Positions 40,122-47,843 of a stretch of DNA of 64,000 nt are shown here, piece after piece. The DNA comes from a virus. The DNA lies in IMG/VR virus record IMGVR_UViG_3300042446_001440, positions 16,170-80,169 of that record. One strand, written 5' to 3'. The notes under the pieces are model-generated. The model saw only the letters and a program-made list of their open reading frames with translations. It did not search any database and was not told where the DNA came from. The first letter of the stretch is position 1. Each line of letters opens with the position of its first letter. The translations under genes and the position numbers were made by a program.

Positions 40122-40893
40122 TAAATCTGTTTACGGAACGATAGGTTATATTTCATCTCAAGAAGATTTAGATGTATTAGAACAATATATTGTATATAAT
40201 TTACCTGTTTTAAAAGAATTTAAACAAATATTAGTAGCAACTAATTATTCTGATTTAGATCTAATAGAAGATAATAAACAACTATGGACTAAATATTTTC
40301 CAAATTGTACTTTATTAGACTCCAAAACTAATAGGGGCCATAACTTTGGCACAGCGGATTTAGATAATATGATTTTTAATTATTGCAAAACAACAGGTGA
40401 AGAATGGCTATGCAAATCAGCAAATGACATTATAGTTCAGGAATCAATATTAAATAAAGAAGTAGAAGAAGCTGACTTTTACTATATGAATGGGATTGGC
40501 TATACAGGTATGGCGGAATATGACTTTGATTTTGATAGGATAGTGAAGGAATGTTTTTATCCCCAAACAAATCTATATTTTGTAAATGTTAGTAAAACTG
40601 ATTATCTAACAGATAAAATATATCTAGACGAAACATATCAATATTCCCTAACTATTCCCAATTATAATGGAAAAATATGGGAATATATTAGTGGATGGAG
40701 TTGTGAAAATTTTCTTAAACAATGTGTTGAAAGGAATAATCTTTCTAAATATAATTGGGTTTCTCAAGAAAAGTATCGTAATTTACTTCAAATAATAAAA
40801 GACTTTAATTTCCATGATTGTAGTCATAAAAATATAATGATAGAGGGTGTATGTCATCTTCAAAATCCTCAAAATCAAATAATAGAAATATGA
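40096..40893 (+). CDS. Hypothetical protein, possibly GT-A fold glycosyltransferase
   Basis: NRGHNFG and WLCKSAND resemble GT-A elements; island context. Confidence 0.45.
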   Translation: MMNLKQLINKSVYGTIGYISSQEDLDVLEQYIVYNLPVLKEFKQILVATNYSDLDLIEDNKQLWTKYFPNCTLLDSKTNRGHNFGTADLDNMIFNYCKTTGEEWLCKSANDIIVQESILNKEVEEADFYYMNGIGYTGMAEYDFDFDRIVKECFYPQTNLYFVNVSKTDYLTDKIYLDETYQYSLTIPNYNGKIWEYISGWSCENFLKQCVERNNLSKYNWVSQEKYRNLLQIIKDFNFHDCSHKNIMIEGVCHLQNPQNQIIEI

Positions 40894-41474
40894 AAAATAT
40901 CTTTTTAGATTGTGGAACGCATTTATGTGAAGGATTAATTAATTTCTATAATAAGGGAATTATAGATGATACCTTTGAAATACATACATTTGAAGCAAAC
41001 CCAGAATGTAATATAGAGGAAAGAATTAAACAAATTCCTTTAAATATAATTCCATATAACAAAGCAGTATGGATTGAAGATGGATTTATATACTTTAATC
41101 AAGAAAACCATCAAGAGAGTAGAACCGGCTCTCCAACAGACGGATATTCAAATATTGATGGATGGGGATCATCTGTTGATGGTATAGGATTTAATCATCC
41201 TGGATATAATACTAAAGTTAAAGTACCAAGTATAAACTTCAGTAAATTTGTCTCTGAATTTCCATCCGAATCAAATATAATTTGTAAAATAGATATTGAA
41301 GGAAGTGAGTATGAAGTTCTTAGACATATGATTAGAGAAAATACAATTACAAAAATAAAAGAATTATATATAGAATTCCATGAAAGATTTATGCCTGCTG
41401 AATCTCCAGAAACAGAACAAAAACTAATTACTCAGATCCAGGATTTAGGAATTAAAGTACATACCTGGTTTTAA
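40890..41474 (+). CDS. FkbM-family SAM methyltransferase
   Basis: FLDCGTH, TFEANP and CKIDIEGSEY; ATG 40890 overlaps the upstream stop. Confidence 0.85.
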   Translation: MKNIFLDCGTHLCEGLINFYNKGIIDDTFEIHTFEANPECNIEERIKQIPLNIIPYNKAVWIEDGFIYFNQENHQESRTGSPTDGYSNIDGWGSSVDGIGFNHPGYNTKVKVPSINFSKFVSEFPSESNIICKIDIEGSEYEVLRHMIRENTITKIKELYIEFHERFMPAESPETEQKLITQIQDLGIKVHTWF

Positions 41475-41483
41475 TATAATAAC

Positions 41484-42230
41484 ATGGATATATATTTTAA
41501 AGAAACCCCAGCAGGTCATTTTTGCCTTATTGAAAAAGATCTAATTAGTAGCTGTATAGCCAACTCAGGATATTGGGAACCTCATTTATATTATTTTTAC
41601 TCTCAATTTATTAAACCCAATTACACCATTATAGATGGAGGAGCTAATATTGGTTTTCATAGCATACAATTCGCTAAATTAGCAAATGAAGGTAAAGTAT
41701 ATAGCTTTGAACCACAATCACTAATATTTAATGTTCTATCAACTAATTCACTTATAAATGGAACAAGTGATATAATCCTACAATATAGATTAGGTTTAAG
41801 TGATACTGATGGTAACCTAAAAATGACTCCACTCAGTGAACAACAATTCTCAGAAACTTGTATTAACTATGGAGGAAGAGGAATAACAGACTCAGATTTG
41901 GGTGAGGAAGTAGTAGAATTAACAACTATAGATAACTTACATTTACCTAAATTAGATTTTATTAAACTAGATGTACAAGGATTTGAATTAAAAGCACTTA
42001 AGGGTGGTGAAAATACTATTAAGTCTAATTACCCAATAATGTTTATTGAAAATTATCTTAATTTAGAAGTAGACCAACATGTAATGCAGTTATTAGAAGA
42101 TTGGGGGTATGTAATATATAGATTATTATGTACTGAGAATAAAGAAGATTGTATAATAGTACATCCAGAAAGACACATTGAAGAAATTAAATTTATTGAA
42201 ACACAAGATAAAATAAAATGGACAAAATAA
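41484..42230 (+). CDS. FkbM-family SAM methyltransferase (paralogue of 36357..37091)
   Basis: WEPH, IDGGANIG, SFEPQ and FIKLDVQGFE. Confidence 0.88.
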   Translation: MDIYFKETPAGHFCLIEKDLISSCIANSGYWEPHLYYFYSQFIKPNYTIIDGGANIGFHSIQFAKLANEGKVYSFEPQSLIFNVLSTNSLINGTSDIILQYRLGLSDTDGNLKMTPLSEQQFSETCINYGGRGITDSDLGEEVVELTTIDNLHLPKLDFIKLDVQGFELKALKGGENTIKSNYPIMFIENYLNLEVDQHVMQLLEDWGYVIYRLLCTENKEDCIIVHPERHIEEIKFIETQDKIKWTK

Positions 42231-43414
42231 CGTTTTGCATACCTAGTAAAAATAATTTAAGATACTTAAAAACATGTATCCCTTCTATTCGTAAAAATTC
42301 ATTTAGAAAAGACCATGATATTATTGTATTTGTAGATAGCGATAATGATGGGACTGTAAACTGGTTAGAAGAAAATAAAGAACAATACAATATTACATAC
42401 TATATTAACCCAGATCTAGGAAAACAATTATTTGGAATAGGTAAAGCATATGATTATTGCATTGAACATTCTCAAACAGACATATGTATGATATTTCATG
42501 CTGATATGATGTTAGGTAAGGATGCTGATTTAGAAGCATATAAACATATGCAATCAAAAACAGTAGTATGTTCTACTAGAATTGAACCACCTCTACACCC
42601 AAATGCTGGAGAGAAAATACTTCAAGATTTTGGAGTATGGCCTGAAGATTTTAAAGAAAATGAATTTAATGAATTCGTAGAGCAAACCAAACAACAATAC
42701 GAGGATAAAATAACCAATGGTATATTTGCACCGTGGATGATATATAAACAAGACTTATTAGCTCTAGGAGGACATGACCCTATATTAATGTCAGCTAGAG
42801 AAGATTCGGACCTATTTAACAGAATGAAATTAGCTGGGTATAAGTTTATTCAAAGCTGGAAGTCTTTAGTATACCATTTAACGGGAAGAGGAGGACAATT
42901 TCAACACGGAGATATAGAAAAAGCTAAAAGTGAAGAATGGCAAAAACTAATGAATAATTCAACTAAAGAATTTATTAGAAAATGGGGATCTCCAGTTAAA
43001 CATACTCCATTAATGGATCCTATAATACTTCCTAAATATAATATTGCCTTTGTAATTAATAACGGTAATTTACCATTATTAGACGCATTAGAGCCATGGT
43101 GTGATAGGATATATGTTAATGAGAAATTTAAGGTAATAGGTAGAGCTTGGGATTATGTTGAGATGGAACAGAGTAATACCAAATTTGATTTAAGTAAACG
43201 CGTATTAACTATAGAAAACAATGATCCAATTAGTGAAAATGATATAGTAGTTGAATTTGATGGAAATCAGATAACCCAACAATCATTCCTCATATTACAG
43301 CAGTTACCCGATATTATACAGAACTCGGGAGCGATCGGAACATTTGAATTAGATATATTTAAAATAACAATCAATAGTTTAGAAACATACGAACATACTT
43401 TAATATATTTATAG
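42218..43414 (+). CDS. Glycosyltransferase family 2
   Basis: ITFCIPS, DSDNDGT, HADM and EDSD..R..VYH. Confidence 0.85.
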   Translation: MDKITFCIPSKNNLRYLKTCIPSIRKNSFRKDHDIIVFVDSDNDGTVNWLEENKEQYNITYYINPDLGKQLFGIGKAYDYCIEHSQTDICMIFHADMMLGKDADLEAYKHMQSKTVVCSTRIEPPLHPNAGEKILQDFGVWPEDFKENEFNEFVEQTKQQYEDKITNGIFAPWMIYKQDLLALGGHDPILMSAREDSDLFNRMKLAGYKFIQSWKSLVYHLTGRGGQFQHGDIEKAKSEEWQKLMNNSTKEFIRKWGSPVKHTPLMDPIILPKYNIAFVINNGNLPLLDALEPWCDRIYVNEKFKVIGRAWDYVEMEQSNTKFDLSKRVLTIENNDPISENDIVVEFDGNQITQQSFLILQQLPDIIQNSGAIGTFELDIFKITINSLETYEHTLIYL

Positions 43415-43430
43415 AAGAAAAATATATATT

Positions 43431-43970
43431 ATGGCTACTTCTTCAAAACGCAACGCACCAAAGTTAAGCAGAATTGTAACATTAGGAGAAATTGAGTCAG
43501 AACTTATCAATAATATCATACAATTAATATATGAAATTAATGATGAAGACGCGAAAAAAACGCATGCTGAACCAATTAAGCTCATAATCAACTCACTTGG
43601 AGGCGAAGTGTATAGTGGCCTAGCTTTAATTGATGTCATTGATAGTTCACAGACTCCCGTTTATACAATATGTCATGGTTCATGCATGTCTATGGCGTTA
43701 CCAATATACGCTGCTGGTCACCATAGATTAGCAAGTAAAAATGCTACATTCATGTATCATGAAGCATCATATGCCGCTGAAGGAAAAGTATTACACCATA
43801 AACAAGAATTGAAAGAAACTGATCGTATTGATATATTATGTGATAATTACTTATTATCTAAAACTAAATTCACTCAAAAACAGCTGACAGATATTAAAAA
43901 TAAGCGTGGAGAGTGGTATTTTGATATAAAAGTAGCTACTAAATATGGGCTAGTAAACGAAGTAATTTAA
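43431..43970 (+). CDS. clpP: ClpP-like ATP-dependent protease proteolytic subunit
   Basis: LIINSLGGEV, GSCMSMA (Ser), FMYHE (His) and KYGLVNEVI. Confidence 0.85.
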   Translation: MATSSKRNAPKLSRIVTLGEIESELINNIIQLIYEINDEDAKKTHAEPIKLIINSLGGEVYSGLALIDVIDSSQTPVYTICHGSCMSMALPIYAAGHHRLASKNATFMYHEASYAAEGKVLHHKQELKETDRIDILCDNYLLSKTKFTQKQLTDIKNKRGEWYFDIKVATKYGLVNEVI

Positions 43971-43992
43971 TATTTATATATAAACATAAACA

Positions 43993-44292
43993 ATGGCTGA
44001 CAATAAACCAAAATTAAAAATCGACGTAAATCATAACCCAACTAAGAAGGGTATTAAAGTACAGTTTGTACTACCACAAACCTTAGAAGGTGATGCTAAA
44101 GCAGAGATGACTCAGAAATTACAAGCTAGACTAAATAGTGGATTACAACAATATAATCTTACAGTTAGTCAAGATACAGACGTTCCATACAGTAACGTTA
44201 TAGGATTCTTAATTCCAATAGCTGATATTAAGTTATTAATTAAGAAAGCTATTACAGGTGGAGCTGAAGCGCCTCCAGAAGAAGCAATTTAA
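43993..44292 (+). CDS. Hypothetical protein
   Basis: 99-aa ORF after an ATATTTAT motif. Confidence 0.6.
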   Translation: MADNKPKLKIDVNHNPTKKGIKVQFVLPQTLEGDAKAEMTQKLQARLNSGLQQYNLTVSQDTDVPYSNVIGFLIPIADIKLLIKKAITGGAEAPPEEAI

Positions 44293-44307
44293 TTTTAATA
44301 ATTAGTT

Positions 44308-44625
44308 ATGATTAAAACTCGAAAGATGAGGAGAAAAATACCTATATTCAAAGTTGTAATGAATGGTAGAGAGGATTACTCCCAACTAACAGAAATACCC
44401 GAAATAATAGAGGTAGTAATTGAAGAGACTGTTGTTGCTATTAAAGATGGAATAGAGAAAAATAAAAAATCTATATCTTTATTTGAAGTGGCAAATTCAG
44501 ATTGTTATATTGACTTAGAGAAAAACAAATGGAAACCAACTCTAGAACATACTATTGGTTACTTTGTTGAAAAGGAAGACTATAGTAAATGTGCTGAGAT
44601 TAGAGATTTAATAAACAAACTGTAG
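44308..44625 (+). CDS. Protein with C-terminal UVR (UvrB/UvrC-like) coiled-coil motif
   Basis: EKEDYSKCAEIRDLI. Confidence 0.6.
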   Translation: MIKTRKMRRKIPIFKVVMNGREDYSQLTEIPEIIEVVIEETVVAIKDGIEKNKKSISLFEVANSDCYIDLEKNKWKPTLEHTIGYFVEKEDYSKCAEIRDLINKL

Positions 44626-44627
44626 TT

Positions 44628-45056
44628 ATGGAAAAAGACCCCCACGCGGAAGGTATTAAAAAGTCTATTGAGGATATTATTGGCGCTGATACGTCTTTAA
44701 GACGTAAGAAAAAAACAGACGAGGATTTTCAAAAAGAAAAATTTACAAAACTTATTCAAACATTAGATGAAATAGAAGTACGTTCTATGATAATGGGTGG
44801 TGATTTGGGTTTAGATTTTACTAAATATGATGATAAATTCTACTCAGTAATTGATGGGTTATTAGGATTACTATACCCAAAAGAAGCATGTGAATTAATA
44901 TTCTTCTACTTATATGAACGTATAAATGAAGATGGTTCAACTAATGAATTAGTAGATGAAGATGGGAATATAGTTTCCCTCGTTTCCCCAACCGATCTTT
45001 GGTATTTAATAAAAATAATCCAAGATAAAATTGGGAAGGCAAAAAAGAAAGCATAA
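44628..45056 (+). CDS. Hypothetical protein
   Basis: 142-aa ORF. Confidence 0.55.
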   Translation: MEKDPHAEGIKKSIEDIIGADTSLRRKKKTDEDFQKEKFTKLIQTLDEIEVRSMIMGGDLGLDFTKYDDKFYSVIDGLLGLLYPKEACELIFFYLYERINEDGSTNELVDEDGNIVSLVSPTDLWYLIKIIQDKIGKAKKKA

Positions 45057-45085
45057 ATTAAATCAAACAAAAATAAATAAACAAA

Positions 45086-45229
45086 ATGAAAACAGTTATC
45101 GCAATCGCAATGATCGTGGCTTTAGCCTCATGTGGTGGTGCTGCAACTAGCACTCCAACCTCAACTGATTCAACTAAAGTTGACAGTACCGTAGTAGTAG
45201 ACTCAGTAAAAGTAGAGTCTGTAAAATAA
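45086..45229 (+). CDS. Small lipoprotein (47 aa), missed by the ORF track
   Basis: MKTVIAIAMIVALASC-GGAATSTPTSTDSTKVDSTVVVDSVKVESVK*; lipobox LASC; own promoter-like motif and terminator. Confidence 0.75.
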   Translation: MKTVIAIAMIVALASCGGAATSTPTSTDSTKVDSTVVVDSVKVESVK

Positions 45230-45236
45230 TCCCCCT

Positions 45237-45270
45237 AATAACGGGGCTTAGAGTCCCGTTATTTTTTATT
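45237..45270 (+). terminator. Rho-independent terminator
   Basis: AATAACGGGGCT-TAG-AGTCCCGTTATT followed by a T-run. Confidence 0.8.
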
Positions 45271-45873
45271 ATGCCTGCTGCAAAACCTTTAACTAAGTTT
45301 CAAATAGAAACAGCAATGCGCTACACTAAATCAGTGAGAGCAGCCGCTAAGTATTTAGGATGTTCCTATCATCACCTTAAGCCTTTTATGAAGGTACTTA
45401 GAGTAGATGATTCAGATCCTAATTCACCAACTTTATTTGATGCTCATAAAAATCAAAACGGTAAAGGCATTCCTAAGTTCTTACCTAACAAACGTAAAGA
45501 ACCAAATGTTAAAAATATTATCTTAACAGGTACAGGATGGGAATCATTTACACCTGATAAAATAAAAGTAAGACTAGTAGCTGAGGGTTATTTAAGAGAT
45601 GAATGTTATGTTTGTGGATTTAGTGAACGTAGAGTAACAGACTTTAAAATTCCATTACTCCTACATTTTAAAGATAATAATAAATGTAATTATCTACTTG
45701 ATAATCTAGAGCAAACATGCTATAATTGCTATTATTTATACGTTGGAGAGGTATTAACACCAAGCCAAATACGCAGTGTAGAAGATTCATCACCACCATT
45801 AGCAAAACCATTTGAATGGGACTTAGATGATGAACAAATAGCAAATATGAAGGCATTAGGAATTTTTGAATAA
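45271..45873 (+). CDS. HTH plus degenerate HNH/zinc-finger protein
   Basis: SVRAAAKYLGCSY HTH; CYVCG..LLLHFKDNN..NL...CYNCY. Confidence 0.6.
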   Translation: MPAAKPLTKFQIETAMRYTKSVRAAAKYLGCSYHHLKPFMKVLRVDDSDPNSPTLFDAHKNQNGKGIPKFLPNKRKEPNVKNIILTGTGWESFTPDKIKVRLVAEGYLRDECYVCGFSERRVTDFKIPLLLHFKDNNKCNYLLDNLEQTCYNCYYLYVGEVLTPSQIRSVEDSSPPLAKPFEWDLDDEQIANMKALGIFE

Positions 45874-45893
45874 TTAAAATAAAAACAATAAAT

Positions 45894-46184
45894 ATGAGTT
45901 ACGAATTAGCACAAAAATATGTTGACTTTCAAATTCCATCAGAAATTAAACAAGCTGCTAAAGCAGGTGTAAGAATGACTGGTTCACTAAATTTCATCAA
46001 GATGATGATGTTTGCAGATGAAGTACAATTAACCAATGATAATATTGATTATTATATGGGTCTTCCTCCACAACGATTAGAAGATGAAACGTACGATGAA
46101 ATGAAAAACAGAGGCAAACTAGCAAAAGCACTATTGAAATATAGAGCACAATTATATGATTATTCAGTATACGAAAAACAATAA
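45894..46184 (+). CDS. Hypothetical protein
   Basis: 96-aa ORF. Confidence 0.55.
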   Translation: MSYELAQKYVDFQIPSEIKQAAKAGVRMTGSLNFIKMMMFADEVQLTNDNIDYYMGLPPQRLEDETYDEMKNRGKLAKALLKYRAQLYDYSVYEKQ

Positions 46185-46187
46185 AAC

Positions 46188-46397
46188 ATGGCACAATTTT
46201 TCCAAGTAAAAGTTCAATTTAGAACAGAAGACGAAAGAGGTAAAGTAAAAAAAGAAAACGTAGCGTATTTAGTAGATGCAATGTCAGTAACAGAAGCAGA
46301 AGCTAGAACAGTACAATATTTAACCGAGCATGGTGAAGAGGCATTTGAAGTAAAAGCAGCATCTGAATCTAAAATCGCTCAGGTAGTAACAGCTTAA
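46188..46397 (+). CDS. DUF4494-like protein (Bacteroidota-type)
   Basis: GKVKKENVAYLVDAMSVTEAEAR. Confidence 0.7.
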   Translation: MAQFFQVKVQFRTEDERGKVKKENVAYLVDAMSVTEAEARTVQYLTEHGEEAFEVKAASESKIAQVVTA

Positions 46398-46407
46398 ACT
46401 TAATAAT

Positions 46408-46509
46408 AGTCAGGTGGCGGAATGGTTGTAGACGCTAGTTGAATGTATTGATTACTTCTGACGCATTCGATGAACAAATAATTGCTAGGTTCAAATCCTG
46501 CCCTGACTA
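46408..46509 (+). ncRNA. tRNA-like RNA with non-canonical anticodon arm
   Basis: Acceptor AGTCAGG/CCTGACT+A, D arm GCG..CGC and T loop GGTTCAAATCC. The central arm has a 16-nt loop instead of an anticodon loop. Confidence 0.65.
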
Positions 46510-46514
46510 CAAAA

Positions 46515-46630
46515 TCGTTCGAACGTGGAACGACGAAGACGGCCGTGGCATACCGTAAGATCTGCTCGCTTAGTGGCTCCGTATCGTAGGACGGCACAGT
46601 TAGCAACTCTGGTGGTATTCTAAAAGTTGC
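46515..46630 (+). ncRNA. Candidate structured ncRNA A (tRNA-array spacer)
   Basis: GC-rich; stems TCGTTC/GAACGA, GCCGT/ACGGC and GCAACT/AGTTGC. Confidence 0.4.
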
Positions 46631-46634
46631 AAAC

Positions 46635-46707
46635 TCCAGAATAGCTCAGTTGGTAGAGCAGCTGATTTGTAATCAGCAGGTCGCAAGTTCGACTCTTGTT
46701 TCTGGAT
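46635..46707 (+). tRNA. tRNA-Thr(TGT)
   Basis: Acceptor TCCAGAA/TTCTGGA; anticodon arm GCTGA-TTTGTAA-TCAGC; T loop GTTCGACTC. Confidence 0.92.
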
Positions 46708-46710
46708 CAA

Positions 46711-46807
46711 GGATGAGAGAATACAAAGTAGCAGCACCCGTCATCATGTGTAACTCGTGGTGCCAACTACCAGTAACTTTGTTTGGTTGGCCAACCGAAC
46801 CTCATCT
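46711..46807 (+). ncRNA. Candidate structured ncRNA B
   Basis: Nested stems GGATGAG/CTCATCT, ACAAAGT/ACTTTGT and GCACC/GGTGC, plus hairpin TTGGTTG/CAACCGA. Confidence 0.5.
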
Positions 46808-46812
46808 TTATT

Positions 46813-46899
46813 GGAAGAGTAGCCAAGCGGTTGACGGCACCTGACTTGAAATCAGACATACGGGAAACTGTATCGTGGGTTCGAATCCTACCTCTTCCG
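46813..46899 (+). tRNA. tRNA-Ser(TGA)
   Basis: Acceptor GGAAGAG/CTCTTCC+G; anticodon loop CTTGAAA; long variable arm; GGTTCGAATCC. Confidence 0.92.
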
Positions 46900-46904
46900 C
46901 AGCT

Positions 46905-46975
46905 TGGGTTATGGTGTAATGGCAACACTACAGATTTTGATTCTGTCGTTTTAGGTTCGAGTCCTGGTAACCCAA
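46905..46975 (+). tRNA. tRNA-Gln(TTG)
   Basis: Acceptor TGGGTTA/TAACCCA; ACAGA-TTTTGAT-TCTGT; GGTTCGAGTCC. Confidence 0.92.
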
Positions 46976-46976
46976 C

Positions 46977-47109
46977 AAAAAGAACTAGCAAACAAATGAC
47001 ACGCACGGCAGCCTGGAATGTGTGCACACTGAACAGGCAATGCGAACGAAGAGGATGGGATACCTCACTGTGCGTAGGTTAGATTCAACGCCCGTCGCTA
47101 GTTCTTTTT
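46977..47109 (+). ncRNA. Candidate structured ncRNA C (multi-branch, possible pseudoknot)
   Basis: Perfect 13-bp closing stem; inner stems ACGCACGG/CTGTGCGT, GCCTG/CAGGC and GAGG/CCTC. Confidence 0.6.
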
Positions 47110-47115
47110 TTACAT

Positions 47116-47275
47116 TGTAGGATGGTGAAATGCTCTAGAGCTTGGAATACACAGCGCCCCGTCTAGGCGCCGCGGATCACGAAATAGATAAATGATAATG
47201 GGTTGACCACACGCTTGCAAGCACAAATGTCATTTATTGAATCGCCGTATGGAGGTTCAAATCCTTCTCCTACAG
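47116..47275 (+). ncRNA. 160-nt tRNA-Asp(GTC)-like RNA with D-loop hairpin and ~80-nt variable-arm insertion
   Basis: Acceptor TGTAGGA/TCCTACA+G; anticodon arm GCGCC-CCGTCTA-GGCGC; T arm GGAGG-TTCAAAT-CCTTC. Confidence 0.7.
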
Positions 47276-47280
47276 CTAAA

Positions 47281-47422
47281 GAGGATAAAATGTGTAGTAA
47301 CCTCAAGGAAGCTAGCTCCTACTACACTCTTTAAGTGTTACCCAAAGGGTAAACGCACTGGTATGAGACTTGTTCTCTCAAACTCGATACCTAAAGTTGA
47401 GCTGTCAATTGAAAGATTGACT
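47281..47422 (+). ncRNA. Candidate structured ncRNA D
   Basis: Stems GTGTAGTA/TACTACAC, TTACCC/GGGTAA, GGTAT/ATACC and GTCAATT-GAAA-GATTGAC. Confidence 0.45.
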
Positions 47423-47426
47423 TAAT

Positions 47427-47512
47427 GCCCCGGTGGTGGAACTGGTAGACACGCAGGACTTAAAATCCTGTTCGCTGTAAGGCGAGTGACGGTTCGATTC
47501 CGTTCTAGGGCA
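47427..47512 (+). tRNA. tRNA-Leu(TAA)
   Basis: CAGGA-CTTAAAA-TCCTG; Leu-type D arm GGTGGAACTGGTAGACAC; variable arm; GGTTCGATTCC. Confidence 0.9.
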
Positions 47513-47525
47513 CATAATTATAATC

Positions 47526-47843
47526 ATGGCATGTCATTGTTTACATCTGAAAAACGCAAGCGAATTCTACACGTTACTTAAACAACGTGACCCCGATTTA
47601 ATCAAGAAAATGGTTAAATGTGTAATGAGCGCATATAAGCGAAATAAAGCAGATATTGATATATTTGATATCACATTCAAAGACATGAGCGAATTGACAT
47701 TTAATATTGAAAGATCACAGTACAGCGAATTACTCAGCAATTGTCTTAAAGACATGATTGAAATAGAAGAGTACGAATTATGTGCTGAGATTAAGAAAAT
47801 AATAGATAAAAAATCAAAACACGGGGATGGCATAGGCATTTGA
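47526..47843 (+). CDS. Protein with C-terminal UVR-like motif, paralogue of 44308..44625
   Basis: EIEEYELCAEIKKII; last 21 nt overlap the tmRNA 5' end. Confidence 0.6.
   Translation: MACHCLHLKNASEFYTLLKQRDPDLIKKMVKCVMSAYKRNKADIDIFDITFKDMSELTFNIERSQYSELLSNCLKDMIEIEEYELCAEIKKIIDKKSKHGDGIGI

Noticed and set aside
46711-46807. SAM-I riboswitch or SRP RNA in spacer B (GGTGCCAA, GCAGC)
   Set aside because: The remaining core elements are absent and there is no downstream CDS.
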